From: Candidatus Eiseniibacteriota bacterium
GTDB lineage: Bacteria > Eisenbacteria > RBG-16-71-46
DNA: 64,000 bases
Assembly: GCA_963717935.1 (NCBI GenBank)
Contig: CAVQXP010000004.1
Coordinates: 832,001 to 896,000, forward strand
Direction: 5' to 3'
How positions within the stretch are numbered: position 1 is the stretch's first letter; every line of letters begins with the position of its first letter. The notes beneath the pieces are model-generated. The model did no database searches, had not been told where the DNA came from, and worked only from the letters and a program-made list of their open reading frames with translations. Of this stretch, positions 32,251 through 43,400 are shown in pieces. A program made the position numbers and the translations under genes.

Positions 32251-32879
32251 GCGGCCTGTTCGTGACGTTCGAGGGGGGCGAGGGCTCCGGCAAGTCCACG
32301 CAACTCGCCCGCCTGGCCGCGCGGCTGCGCACCCGCGGCATCGAGCCGCTCGTCACGCGCGAGCCCGGTGGCACGGCGCTCGCGGAGGGCATCCGCGAGT
32401 TGCTGCTCGACCCGGCGCGCGGCCCGGGCGCGATCTCCGAGGCCCTGCTCATGGAGGCCGCGCGCGCCGACCTGGTCGCGAATCTCGTGCGCCCGGCGCT
32501 GGAGGCCGGGCGGGTCGTCCTGTGCGACCGCTACGACGACTCGACGCTCGCCTACCAGGGTGCGGGCCGCGGCCTCGATCCCGGCCTGCTGGCGATCCTG
32601 AACGAGGCGGCCACGGGCGGGCTCGAGCCCGGTCTCACGCTGCTCTACGACGTGCCGCCCGTGGTGGGCCTCGCGCGTCGCGAGCGCGCCGCGGGCGAGA
32701 CGAACCGGCTGGACCGCGAGCCCGCCGATTTCCACCTGCGCGTGCGCCGGTGTTTCCTCGACCTGGCTGCTGCCGAGCCGGAGCGCTGGGTGGTGCTGGA
32801 CGCCACGGCCACGCCGGACGAGCTGGAGCGGCTCGGCTGGGCCGCGCTCGAGGAGCGGCTCGCCGCGGCCGGCCGCTGA
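32247..32879 (+). CDS. tmk: Thymidylate kinase
   Basis: [31 protein letters not shown]. Confidence 0.95.
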   Translation: MSGLFVTFEGGEGSGKSTQLARLAARLRTRGIEPLVTREPGGTALAEGIRELLLDPARGPGAISEALLMEAARADLVANLVRPALEAGRVVLCDRYDDSTLAYQGAGRGLDPGLLAILNEAATGGLEPGLTLLYDVPPVVGLARRERAAGETNRLDREPADFHLRVRRCFLDLAAAEPERWVVLDATATPDELERLGWAALEERLAAAGR

Positions 32880-33008
32880 GCGTGCCCCGGGGAAGGGGCC
32901 GGACGATCCTCCTATGCTATATTCGGCCATTCGCAGGCCGTTCCTGAACTTTCCCCGGGCCATCCGGGCTCATTCGAGCCGCGAGCCGGTGCCCTCGAAG
33001 GACGTGCC

Positions 33009-34623
33009 GTGATCCGACGTCGCATGGTCCTCGCCACTCTCCTGGTCGTCCTCTTCGCCCTCGGCTGGTGGGCCGGGCGCGTCGCCTCGCGCGACCTGTA
33101 CGCGGACCTCGACCTGTTCGTCGAGGTGCTGCACAAGGTCGAGGCGAACTACGTGGACCCGGTCGAGCCGTCGTCCCTCATGGAGGGCGCCATCAAGGGG
33201 ATGCTGCGGCAACTCGATCCCCACTCGCAGTACCTCGATGAGAAGGCCTACGCCAACCTCAGGAGCATGACCGAGGGCACCTTCGGCGGCATCGGCGTCG
33301 AGGTGAACGTGCGCGACGGCTACCCCACCGTGATCGCCCCGATCGAGGGCACGCCCGCCTGGGAGGCCGGCCTGCGCTCCGGCGACGTCATCGTGCAGAT
33401 CGACGGCAAGTCCACCTACGGCCTGACCGTCACGGACGCCGCCGACCGGCTGCGCGGCCCCGACGGCACCCGGGTCCGCGTCATGGTGAGCCGCGAGGGC
33501 GAGGACGAGGACCACGAGGTGACGCTCGTCCGCCGCGTCATCGAGCGCAAGGCGGTCCCGTACGCCTTCGTGGCGGAGGACAGCATCGGCTACCTGAGGC
33601 TCTCTGCCTTCTCGGAGCGCACCGCCGAGGAGACGCGCACCATGCTCGAGCTTCTGGGCAGGCAGGGGGCGCGCAGCCTGGTGCTCGACCTGCGCATGAA
33701 TCCCGGCGGGCTGCTCGACCAGGCCGTGGGGGTCGCCGAGGCGTTCGTGGCGCGCGGGACGATGGTGGTCTACACGCACGGTCGCGTCCGCAGCGAGGAC
33801 AGTCGCTACTACGCGGACGAGCCCAGGCCGAACCTGCAGTGGCCCGTCGTCGTGCTGGTGGACGGCGGCAGTGCCTCGGCCTCCGAGGTCGTGGCCGGGG
33901 CGCTGCAGGATCTGGACCGGGCGCTGCTCGTGGGCAGCACGACCTTCGGCAAGGGCTCGGTGCAGCGCGTCTTCTCGCTGCGCGACCAGAAGGCCGCGCT
34001 CAAGCTCACGACCGCCCTCTACTACACGCCGAGCGGCCGCTCGATCGATCGCGCCACGCACGATTCGCTCCTGGACGAGGAGGACGCGGCGGAGGATCCG
34101 GCCCTGCCGTCCGCGCCCGACTCCGCGCCCCGGCCGCTCTTTCGCACGCGGGCCGGCCGGACCGTGTACGGCGGTGGCGGCATCACGCCGGACATGATCG
34201 TCGTGCCGGACACGCTCGCCGGTCTGCCGCGCCGCGTCGAGTCGCGCAACCTCGCCTTCCGCTTCGCCAACCGCTGGCTCAACACGCACCCGCAGCCGCA
34301 GCCCGACATGACGGTGGCGGTGCCGTGGACGGAGTTCCTGGCCTGGCTGCGCGAGGAGAAGGTCGAGTTCACGGCCGCTGAGGCTGCGTCCGGACGCGCC
34401 CGTGCTCGAGCGTGCGGTGCGCCGCGAGATGGCGCGCCGGATGCTGGGCGACGGGGCCGCGGCGCGCGTGGCGCTCGAAGGCGACCCGGCGTGGGCGCGC
34501 GCCCGCGCGGTGCTGGCGCGCGCGCGCGCGCCGCGCGACGTGTTCGCCGCGGTGATGCCGGGGGCGGTGCCGGCGCGCAAGGCGCCGGTGAAGCCCCTCG
34601 TGCGCGGGGCCGTGGCGCGCTGA
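33009..34623 (+). CDS. C-terminal processing protease, S41 family (PDZ + Ser/Lys dyad); frameshift near 34385
   Basis: LDPHS, FGGIG, LDLRMNPGG, SASASE, TFGKGSVQ, YYTPSGRSI, GGGITPD; tail continues in frame of ORF 34402..34623. Confidence 0.88.
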
Positions 34624-34624
34624 G

Positions 34625-35278
34625 ATGGCGCGCGCCTTCCTTTGCGACTTCGACGGCACCATCTCGCCGACCGACATCGGCGCGGCCTTCGCGCGCGCCT
34701 TCTCGCCGGGGGGCGCGGCCGAGCACGAAGGCCTGCTCGGGCCCTGGGCGAGCGGCGAGCTGGGGCACCGGGAGCTGACCGAGATGCAGTGCCGGCTGAT
34801 CTCGGCGACGGCCGGGGAGGCGCTGGCCTTCGCGCGTGGTTTCGAATTGGATCCGCACTTCGCGCCTTTCGTGCGCGAGGCGGAGGCCCGCGGTGACCCG
34901 GTGATGGTGGTGAGCGAGGGTTTCGACTTCTACGTCGCCGACCAGCTCGCGCGCGCGGGGCTGCAGGACGTGCCCTTCGCCGCGAACCGCCTGCGCTTCG
35001 AGCCGGGCCGCGTGGTGCCGGAGTTCCCCTGGAGCGCCGACGGCTGTGGACGGTGCGGCAACTGCAAGGGGCAGCACGTGCGTCACTGGCGCGGGCGCGG
35101 CTTCGAGACGGTGCTCGTGGGGGACGGGCTCTCGGACCGCTGTGGGGCCCGCGAGGCCGACCGGGTCGTCGCGCGCGGCGACCTGCTCGAGTGGTGCGCC
35201 CGGGAGGGCATCGCCGCCCGCCGGTTCGACGACTTCGCCGACGTGGCCGCCATCGCCCGCGAATGGGCGGGAGCGTGA
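34625..35278 (+). CDS. MtnX-like HAD-IB family phosphatase
   Basis: CDFDGTI, VVSEGF, CGRCGNCK, VGDGLSD. Confidence 0.85.
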   Translation: MARAFLCDFDGTISPTDIGAAFARAFSPGGAAEHEGLLGPWASGELGHRELTEMQCRLISATAGEALAFARGFELDPHFAPFVREAEARGDPVMVVSEGFDFYVADQLARAGLQDVPFAANRLRFEPGRVVPEFPWSADGCGRCGNCKGQHVRHWRGRGFETVLVGDGLSDRCGAREADRVVARGDLLEWCAREGIAARRFDDFADVAAIAREWAGA

Positions 35279-35288
35279 CGCTGGCGTT

Positions 35289-35546
35289 GGCGAGGCAGGG
35301 GCCACGGGGCTCGCAGCGGGGATGCTGCGCTCCGCCAACGCCCGCGATTGGGCGGGCGTCTGATGCTGCCCCGGGCGACGCAGGGGACACAGGGCCCTCC
35401 GCGGGGACGCTGCGCGCCGCCAGCGCCCGCGCTGCGCGCGGGCTTTCCCTGGCGGTGCTCGCTCCCCGGCAAACCCCTGGCCGACACATCCTGTGTCGGC
35501 CAGGGCCGGGACCCCCGCTGCGAGCCCCGTGTCCCCTGCGTCGCCC
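35289..35546. repeat. Palindromic REP/MITE-like composite element
   Basis: Two direct ~58-bp copies (35289, 35374), one inverted ~34-bp copy (35513-35546), perfect 14-bp hairpin 35475-35505. Confidence 0.75.
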
Positions 35547-35624
35547 TCCGACTCCCCGGAGCACGCCGCCTCCGGCCCGGGCGCACGGCGGCGCGGCCTG
35601 ATGGCAAGCGCTACACTGACGGCC

Positions 35625-36693
35625 ATGCGCATCGGCGACATCCTCTTCGACTCCCCGTTCCTGCTGGCGCCGCTCGCCGGCGTGAGCGACTCGCCCTTCC
35701 GCCGGCTGGCACGCGAGCAGGGCGCCTCCGGGGTCGTGACCGAGATGGTCTCGGCCGACGGGTTGGTCCGCGGTCAGAAGGCCACGCTCGAGTACCTGCC
35801 GCTTCGAGCCGGAGGAGCGCCCGATCGGCGTGCAGCTCTTCGGCGCCGACCCCGGCGTGATGGCGGCCGCGGCGCGCGCGCTGTGCGCGCTGCCGACCGC
35901 CGAGCGTCCGGACTGGATCGACGTCAACATGGGCTGCCCGGTGCGCAAGGTGGTGAACCGCAGGGCTGGCGCGGCCCTGCTCACGGACCTGCCGTTGCTC
36001 TCGGAGATCGTGCGCCGCATGGCCGAGGCGAGCACCCTGCCCATCACCGCCAAGATCCGGCTGGGCTGGGACGGGACCTCGTCCAACGTGGTCGAGGTGG
36101 CGCGCGCGCTCGAGGAGGCGGGGGCGCAGGCCGTGGCGATCCACGCCCGCACCCGCGCCCAGAAGTTCGGGGGCGAGCCGCAGTGGGAGCTGATCGGCGA
36201 GGTGAAGCGGTCGGTCGGCATCCCGGTCATCGGCAACGGCGACGTGCGGGTGCCCGAGGACGCGGTGCGCATGCTCGAGACCACGGGCTGCGACGGCGTC
36301 ATGCTCGGGCGCGCGGCGTTCGGCGACCCCTGGATCTTCCGGCGGGTGCGCGCCTTCTGGGAGCGCGGTGAGCGGCTGCCGCTGCCGACCGCGGCCGAGC
36401 GGCTCGAAGCGGGCATGCGGCACCTGCGTCTGCTGGTCGAGTGGGCGGGGCCCGATGCGGCCACGCGCGAGATGCGCAAGCACGTGGCCTGGTACGTCAA
36501 GGGGCTGCCGCACAGCGCGCGCGTGCGCGAGCAGGCGAACCACACGCGTGCGGCGGACGAGCTGACCACGCTGCTGCGCGGCTACCTCGAGGAACTCGAG
36601 GGTTGCGGCCCCGAGACGTGCGCGGAACGCGCGGCGCCCGCCGCACCCGCGGACGGTCCCGCCCGTCCGGAGGTCCCGCATGCGGCCGGCTGA
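35625..36693 (+). CDS. dusB: tRNA-dihydrouridine synthase B; frameshift near 35797
   Basis: LAPLAGVSD, TEMVS, VQLFG, DVNMGCP, KIRLGWD, IHARTRAQ, IGNGDV, MRKHVAWY. Confidence 0.92.
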
Positions 36694-37456
36694 GCTGAAG
36701 CGCCTGCTCGAGCGCGTGCGGCGCGGGCGCGTGAGCCCCGCCGAGGCCGCGCGGCTGATCGACGAGGCGCCGCTCGAACAGCTCGCCTTCGCCACGCTCG
36801 ACCACCAGCGCGCGCTGCGCACCGGTTTCCCCGAGGTGATCCTCGGTCTGGGCAAGACGCCGGGACAACTGGTGGCGATCGCGGGTCGCCTGTTCGAGAA
36901 GGGTGGCCCGGTGCTGGCGACACGCGTCGACGAGGCCGGGCGCGCCGCGCTCGCGCGGGCCTTCCCGCAGGCCGTGCTGCACGAGCTGGCGCGCTGCGTC
37001 GTGCTGCCGCGCAGGCGTGCCCGGGGCGTCCGCCGGGTCCCCGGCGGCACGGGCTCGGTGCTGGTGGTGTGCGCCGGCACCGCCGACCTGCCGGTGGCCG
37101 AGGAGGCGCTGGTCACGGCCCGGGTCATGGGCAGCCGGGCCGAGCTCATCGCCGACGTGGGCGTGGCGGGGCTCCATCGCCTGCTGGCACACCGGCAGCG
37201 CCTGCGGGGCGCGCGCGTGATCGTCGTGGTGGCGGGCCTCGAGGGCGCGCTTGCGAGCGTGGTGGGCGGGCTCGTGGACCGCCCGGTCATCGCCGTCCCC
37301 ACGAGCGTGGGCTACGGCGCTCACTTCCGCGGTCTCGCGCCGCTGCTGGCCATGCTCAACTCCTGCGCGGCGGGGATCACCGTGGTGAACGTGGACAACG
37401 GCTTCGGGGCGGGCTACGCGGCCCACCTGGTGAACATCGCGGCCCGGCGCCGCTAG
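36680..37456 (+). CDS. larB: Nickel-pincer cofactor biosynthesis protein LarB (PurE-like)
   Basis: LDHQRALRTGFPEV..GKT, AGTADLPVAEEA, DVGVAGLHRL, AGLEGAL, PTSVGYG, VNVDNGFGA. Confidence 0.92.
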   Translation: MRPAELKRLLERVRRGRVSPAEAARLIDEAPLEQLAFATLDHQRALRTGFPEVILGLGKTPGQLVAIAGRLFEKGGPVLATRVDEAGRAALARAFPQAVLHELARCVVLPRRRARGVRRVPGGTGSVLVVCAGTADLPVAEEALVTARVMGSRAELIADVGVAGLHRLLAHRQRLRGARVIVVVAGLEGALASVVGGLVDRPVIAVPTSVGYGAHFRGLAPLLAMLNSCAAGITVVNVDNGFGAGYAAHLVNIAARRR

Positions 37457-37506
37457 CCTGGACGATTCATGACGCGGGCCCTGAAGGGTCCCGGCCGTGG
37501 GGAGGC

Positions 37507-38713
37507 ATGAGCATGCGCATCGCCTGGTTCGACTGCTTCTCGGGCATCAGCGGGGACATGACGCTGGGGGCGCTGGTCTCGGCGGGCTGGCCGGCCGGGG
37601 ATCTGCAGTCGCTGCCGGGACGGCTCGGCCTCGAGGGGGTGCGGGTCGGGGTGAAGGACGTGCGCCGCGGTCCCCTGGCAGCGCTCCAGGTGGAGGTCGT
37701 GATCGAGGCGGCGCGGCAGCCGCACCGCCACCTGCGTCACGTCGAGGAAGTGCTCGGCCGCGCGGACCTGCCGGACGCGGTGCGCGAGCGCTCGCTCGCG
37801 GTCTTTCGCCGTCTGGCCGGGGCGGAGGCCGAGGTGCACGGCACCAGCGTGGAGCAGGTGCACTTCCACGAGGTGGGTGCCGCCGATGCCCTGGTGGACG
37901 TGGCCGGGGCGATGCTCGGGCTCGAGCACCTGGGGATCGACGCGGGTCCACGCCTCGCCGCCCCGGCTCGGGCGGGGCAGCGTGCGGTCCGAGCACGGCC
38001 TGATCCCGGTCCCGGCCCCTGCGACCGCGCTGCTCCTGCGGGGCGCACCCGTGGAGATCGGCGAGGTGGAGAGCGAACTCACGACGCCCACGGGCGCCGC
38101 GCTGCTCGCGACACTGGTCGAGGACTGGGGGCCGCCGCCCGCGTTCCGGCTCGAGCGCGTGGGCACGGGCGCGGGGTCGCGCGAGCTGGCCGGGCAGCCC
38201 AACGTGCTGCGCGTGCTCGTCGGCGAGGCCGGGGAGGGGGCCGGCGCGGGGTCGCTGCGGCACCGCCGGGTGGCCGTGCTCGAGACCGCGCTCGACGATG
38301 AGAACCCGCAGTACGTGGGGGCGCTGCTGCCGCGCCTGCTCGCCGCGGGCGCGCTGGACGCGATGGTGGTGCCGAGCGTGATGAAGAAGGGCCGGCCCGG
38401 GATGTGGCTGGTCGTCATCGCCGAACCGGACCATGCGGACGCGCTGGCGCGATTGCTCCTGGCCGAGACCACCAGCCTGGGCGTGCGCGTGCGCCACGAC
38501 GAGCGCGTGGAGTTGGAGCGCAGGGCGGAGCCGGTCGAGACCCCGTTCGGGCGCGTCCTGCTCAAGGTGGCGTCCCTGCCCGGCGGGGGTGAGCGGGCCG
38601 TGCCCGAGTTCGAGTCGGTGCGCGAGGCTGCCGAGCGCGCCGGCCGGCCGCTGCGCGAGGTGGCCGAGGCGGCGCTGGCCGCCTGGCGTGGACGGGGCGG
38701 AGCCGGCCGGTGA
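37507..38713 (+). CDS. larC: Nickel-pincer cofactor biosynthesis protein LarC; frameshift near 37945
   Basis: DCFSGISGDM, HFHEVGAAD, HGLIPVPAPAT, ELTTPTGAA, MKKGRPG, ETTSLGVR, PEFE. Confidence 0.9.
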
Positions 38714-40081
38714 GCCTGCTCTCGGCCCGGGACCTGTGGGTGGCCCCGCCCGCCGAGGGACCGCAGCGTCAGGGCGCCCCGGAGGCGGTCGTCCGCGGGT
38801 TCTCCCTCGAGCTGGGAGCTGGCGAGTGGCTGGCGGTCTCCGGGGCAAACGGCTGTGGCAAGACGAGTTTGCTCCTCGCGCTGGCGGGTCTCTGGCCGGT
38901 GCGCTCGGGAAGCCTGCTCTTCGAGGATCGGCCGCTCGGCCCCGACGCACCGGGGGAGCGGCGCGCGCGCCTGGCCGTGGTCCTGCAGGACCCGTCGAGC
39001 CAGCTCCTGCAGCCGACGGTGCGCGAGGAGCTGGCCTTCTCGGCCCTGAACCTGGGACATCGCGCCGGACGAGGTGGCCGGCGAGGTCGCACGCTGGAGC
39101 GACCGGCTGGGGCTGGCAGGCGACCTCGAGCGCGACCCCCAGCAGCTCTCGGCAGGGCGGCAGCAAGTGGTCCTTCTGGCTGCGGCGCTCACCTCGCAAC
39201 CGACGTTGTTGCTGGCGGATGAGCCCGCTGCGCACCTCGACTGCGCGACCCGGCGGCTGGTGCTCGAGCTGGTGCGCGGGGAGGTGGACCGCGGGCTCTC
39301 CGTGGTCTGGGTGACCCAGGACGCCGGTGAGATGGCGAGCGCCGACCGCAGCCTGAACCTTGGCGGCTGCGAGGTGGCCGGGCCCGCTCGGGCCGCGGGG
39401 GCCGCGGGCGCGCCATCCGGCCCGCTCCTCACGCTGTGCGTCTCACCGTGGGACGGCGGTGGCGGCCCCGCCGTGAAGACGTCCGTCGCGCTCGAGATCC
39501 CCGTTGCAAAGACGGGGGTTACGGCGATCGAGGGCCCCAATGCGGCCGGCAAGAGCGTGCTGCTCGCGGTGGCAGCCGGGGTCCTGCGCCTGGAGCAGGT
39601 GCAGGTGGTTGGCGGGGCCGACCCGGCCTCACCGCCCATCCTTTCCTCGCAGTACCCGGAACTGGAGATCTTCGAGGAAAAGGCCGGGGACGAGGTGGCC
39701 TACGCCGCGATCAGCCGGGGCGTCCCGCGCGCGATGGCCCTCGGGCGGGCGGCCCTGCTCCTCGAGCGCCTGGGGCTTGGGGCGGATGGGGTGCTCGAGC
39801 GCCATACCTGGGGGTTCTCGGGCGGCGAAAAACGGCTGCTTTCCCTGGCTGCCGCCCTCATCGCCCCGGCCTCGCTGTACGTGCTGGACGAGCCCACCGC
39901 CGGGCTCGATTCCGGCCGGCGCCTGGCCCTTGCGGGGATCGTGGAGGAGTTGTCCCGGAGCGCTCCGGTCCTGCTCGCCAGCCAGGACGGGGCGTGGCTG
40001 GCCGGGCTGGCCGCCCGCCGCCACCGGCTGGGTGGGCCGCCCCTCCCCCCGGATGCAAGTCCCAGCAAAAAAACGGATTGA
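38710..40081 (+). CDS. Duplicated ABC ATPase (ECF/CbiO-like, divergent); frameshift near 39060
   Basis: GANGCGKT, LQDPSSQL, LSAGRQQ, LADEP; second NBD GPNAAGKS, FSGGEKR, LDEPTAGLD. Confidence 0.78.
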
Positions 40082-40106
40082 CAAGACCCTGTCGTGAGTC
40101 TAGCCT
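40078..40106 (+). promoter_or_regulatory. Sigma70 promoter TTGACA-N17-TAGCCT with A-tract, driving the large secreted protein
   Basis: Consensus -35, 17-bp spacer, AAAAAAA upstream. Confidence 0.65.
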
Positions 40107-40457
40107 TTCCTACTGCTGGGGTAGATGGTGCGTCCTTATTGAAACCCCCAGGAGCACCTCAAGTTCCGCGGTCATGGGTGACGCAGGAGCTGGCAGCGGT
40201 TCCCGCGTGGCTTCATGGCTCACGACGAGATCGCGCATAAGAATGTGCCGTGCACTCGCCTGAACTGCCTAAGGGCGATGCCGGCAGCGGGAAGGGGGGG
40301 ATAGGCACTCGACTGGCGCAGTAATCAGCCGTCGGAGCCCGGACACGTAGTGTCCGCGGGCGTTCCGTCGGCCGATTCGTTTCCGGCGACACCTCGCTCG
40401 CAATCCATTCCGGAACACTTCGCATTGCCCAAGCATTGCGACGATGGAGGTAGTCAC

Positions 40458-43400
40458 ATGAGAAAGTCGTTTGTCGCGCTTGCCCTTCTCGTGGGGGCGG
40501 CGACGATCTGGACGACCCTGGCAGTTGCGCGGGACTCGCGTGATGAGGGCATGAAGTTGATGAACGCCCGCACCGCGCAGATGCAGCTGACGCGCGCCGC
40601 CCGGCTCGGCACGTCGGCATTCTCGGACACGGTGTTCGTCGGTCACACGACCATCGCGCCCTTCAGCGAGCCGTTCCACGTCGGCCGCGGTCCCTACCGC
40701 CCCGGCGTCGATGGCAACTTCGACGGTGCATGGGACTTTGACGACTACGACGGTGGCGCGATCGACTCGATGCAGGGTTGGGTCCAGACCGTCACGCCCA
40801 ATACGCGTACCTCCGGCACGATCGCCGATTACCTCCGTCCGTGGAACTGTCTGGACTGGGGCAACCGGCTGAACGTGGCGCCCGTCCAGGGCCGCACGGC
40901 TGGCATCATCGGCGTCTGGCACGTGGACGGCGGTGTGTACCTGCCGAGCACCGGCTTCGCCGGCGCTTCGCCCACGTGGGCCCCGCTTGCCGGCGACGCG
41001 TCGGCGTGGTGCGGCCTGCGCGCGGGCGATGATGCATCCGTCATCGAGAGCAAGACGCTCGGCGGCACCGGCAACGCCATCCATGGCGAGACGCTCTACG
41101 GTGTCATCGGCGACGGCATCAACTTCACGCAGCACAACTTCCCGGGCTACGCCAACCAGTGGGACCAGATGCTGTACCGGGACGTGCGTGTCGCCACCGG
41201 CGGCTCGCTGACCATCAGCTTCCTGTACGAGACCGAGATGGACCCTCGGACGAACTCGCTCGCGAGCTCGTGCAAGGGCTGGTTCGACCGTGACCCGCTG
41301 AGCATGCAGCAGGGCGGGAGCGGGGCCGGCGCCAGCAACTTCATCAGCGCCACGGACTATCTGGGCACCGAGTTCGCGGCTGGACCGGTGGACTCGTTCA
41401 TGGTCTACGTGGGCGTTCCCACGAACCCGACGGCCTGCCAGTACGCCGACGGCAACGCCCCGCGGCCGATCTTCGACCTGAAGCGCCGCTGGTTCTCCGA
41501 AGTCATCTCGATCACCAAGCCGTACAAGGAGATCCTGAGCACGTTCGGCTCGGACTCCAGGTACGCGACTTCGGCCTTCACGTACGTCCTGACCAACGCG
41601 GTCATCCAGCCGATGCTCACCGCGCAGGGCGCGGCGGACGGCGGTGGCGTGATCCGCATCGTTTTCCGCTCCAAGACCAACGCGAACTTCTCCGATGAGA
41701 CGAACACGGGTGGTTCGTTCATCTCGACCAACAAGGGCGCCGTCCGCATCGACGACGTGGCGATCTCGGGCTGCACGCCGGCGTTCACCACGAGTGGCTT
41801 CGAGGCGGAGAGCGAGATCAACAACACGGTCGAGCCTGCCAACTCGGCAACGCCCGGCCCGGCCGTCGGCCAGGGCTACGCGCTTGCTGCCTGGCACTCG
41901 ACGGGCAAGCCGCCGAAGCACATGGCGCACACGCACCCGCTGTACGGCGGTTACATCGGCGAGAACAACTACTACTCGCCGCTGGCCTATGCCGACATGT
42001 GCGGAGCGCCGGATGCGCCGGTCCGCTGGTGCAACATCTACAACGTGATCATGTCGTCGACCGACCACGACCTCGGCGAGGCCGCGGGCGGCGCGATCGG
42101 CACGCCGTTCCAGGAGAACCGGAACGGGTTCCTGTCGCCGACGATCAACCTGGTCACGCCGGAAATGCCGGGCTTGAACAACTGCGGCATCGACCGGCTC
42201 CACGCCGAGACGAACACGGAGTGGTGGATCTACTTCGACATCTACACGGGCATCTTCGACATCACCAAGCAGGGCAACGTCTGGGCCAGTTCGATGATGA
42301 GTTGGCCGACGGTGCAGGCGAACGGGGCCACCGTGTGGGGCGACGTCGGCTACCTCACGGGCGTCTGGTACAACCCCGACAAGCAGTGCTTCACGAATAC
42401 GGACGTGCTGCGGGCGTACATGTTCACGTCGAACCCGAGCGGCATCCCGGATTCGTGCAAGCTGTGGATCTTCCGCGAGCAGCGCTGCATCACCTGGACC
42501 GTGACCAGCGGTTGCTCGCCCACGGACGGCCACTACACGGACAACGTCGCTCTGGCCCTGCCGCCGCCGACAACCGGAGCGGCCGACCAGATCAGCATCG
42601 ACATCTGGGACTGGTACACCGACGCCTTCCCGGTCAACGAGACGGCTGGGCTGCCGGGCACCCTGGGGTTTGACACCTGCGGTGCGTACATTCAGAACGG
42701 CCGCAACAACGCGCCGAATACCGGCGATCTCCTGCGCTTCGACGTCCCCGGTGACTCCATGTACATCAAGGGTCAGAATGCCACCGGGACGCCCATGCGG
42801 ATGGACTGCGTGTTCCGCATCTACCCCGGTCCCGGCAACTACATGACCGTCGGCAACAAGGCGACGGCCCTGCGCCAGGTCCCGGCGAGTCGCCACGCCC
42901 GCGGTTTCGGGCGACGGCTCGTTCTGGGGCCAGTACATGGCGAACAACGGTGAGTACGGCTCGCCGGCCGGACACGCCGGTGGGGTCTGGAGCGTGGATA
43001 TCTGGAACAGCGTCCGCTGCGACACCGTCGAACTCAACTACTTCCCGGTGGATGGACGCACGCCCAACATCCCCGCCATCCAGGCGGACTTCTTCCAGAC
43101 CACCCTTCACGAGGACGACCCGCACTTCGCGGCGCTGGGCATCCTCAAGAACCGCTGCTTCCTGATCGACACCCTCGGATCAATCGATCACACGAACACC
43201 ACCTGCTCCACGGTGCCGGTGTGGTTGACGACCGTGCCGCAGGACCGCACGGGCTACGACGGCGTGCAGACGACCGTGGAGTACACGAAGATCTTCCCCG
43301 ACGGGCTCCTGACGGCGGGTTCGCACGTCGAGTACTTCTTCCGTCTGGCGCACACGTCCACTCCGACGGTCTTCGTCATGGCCCCGGACACGAACAAGAT

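Noticed and set aside
37935..37955. Programmed ribosomal frameshift in larC (known for Lactiplantibacillus larC1/larC2)
   Set aside because: The shift is an extra G in GCGGGTC inside the N-terminal domain, with no slippery heptamer; the window has many similar indel errors
40255..40300. c-di-GMP-I riboswitch (CCTAAGG..GGCAGCGGG resemblance)
   Set aside because: No GCAAA/GAAA P1-P2 consensus seen; needs an Infernal search
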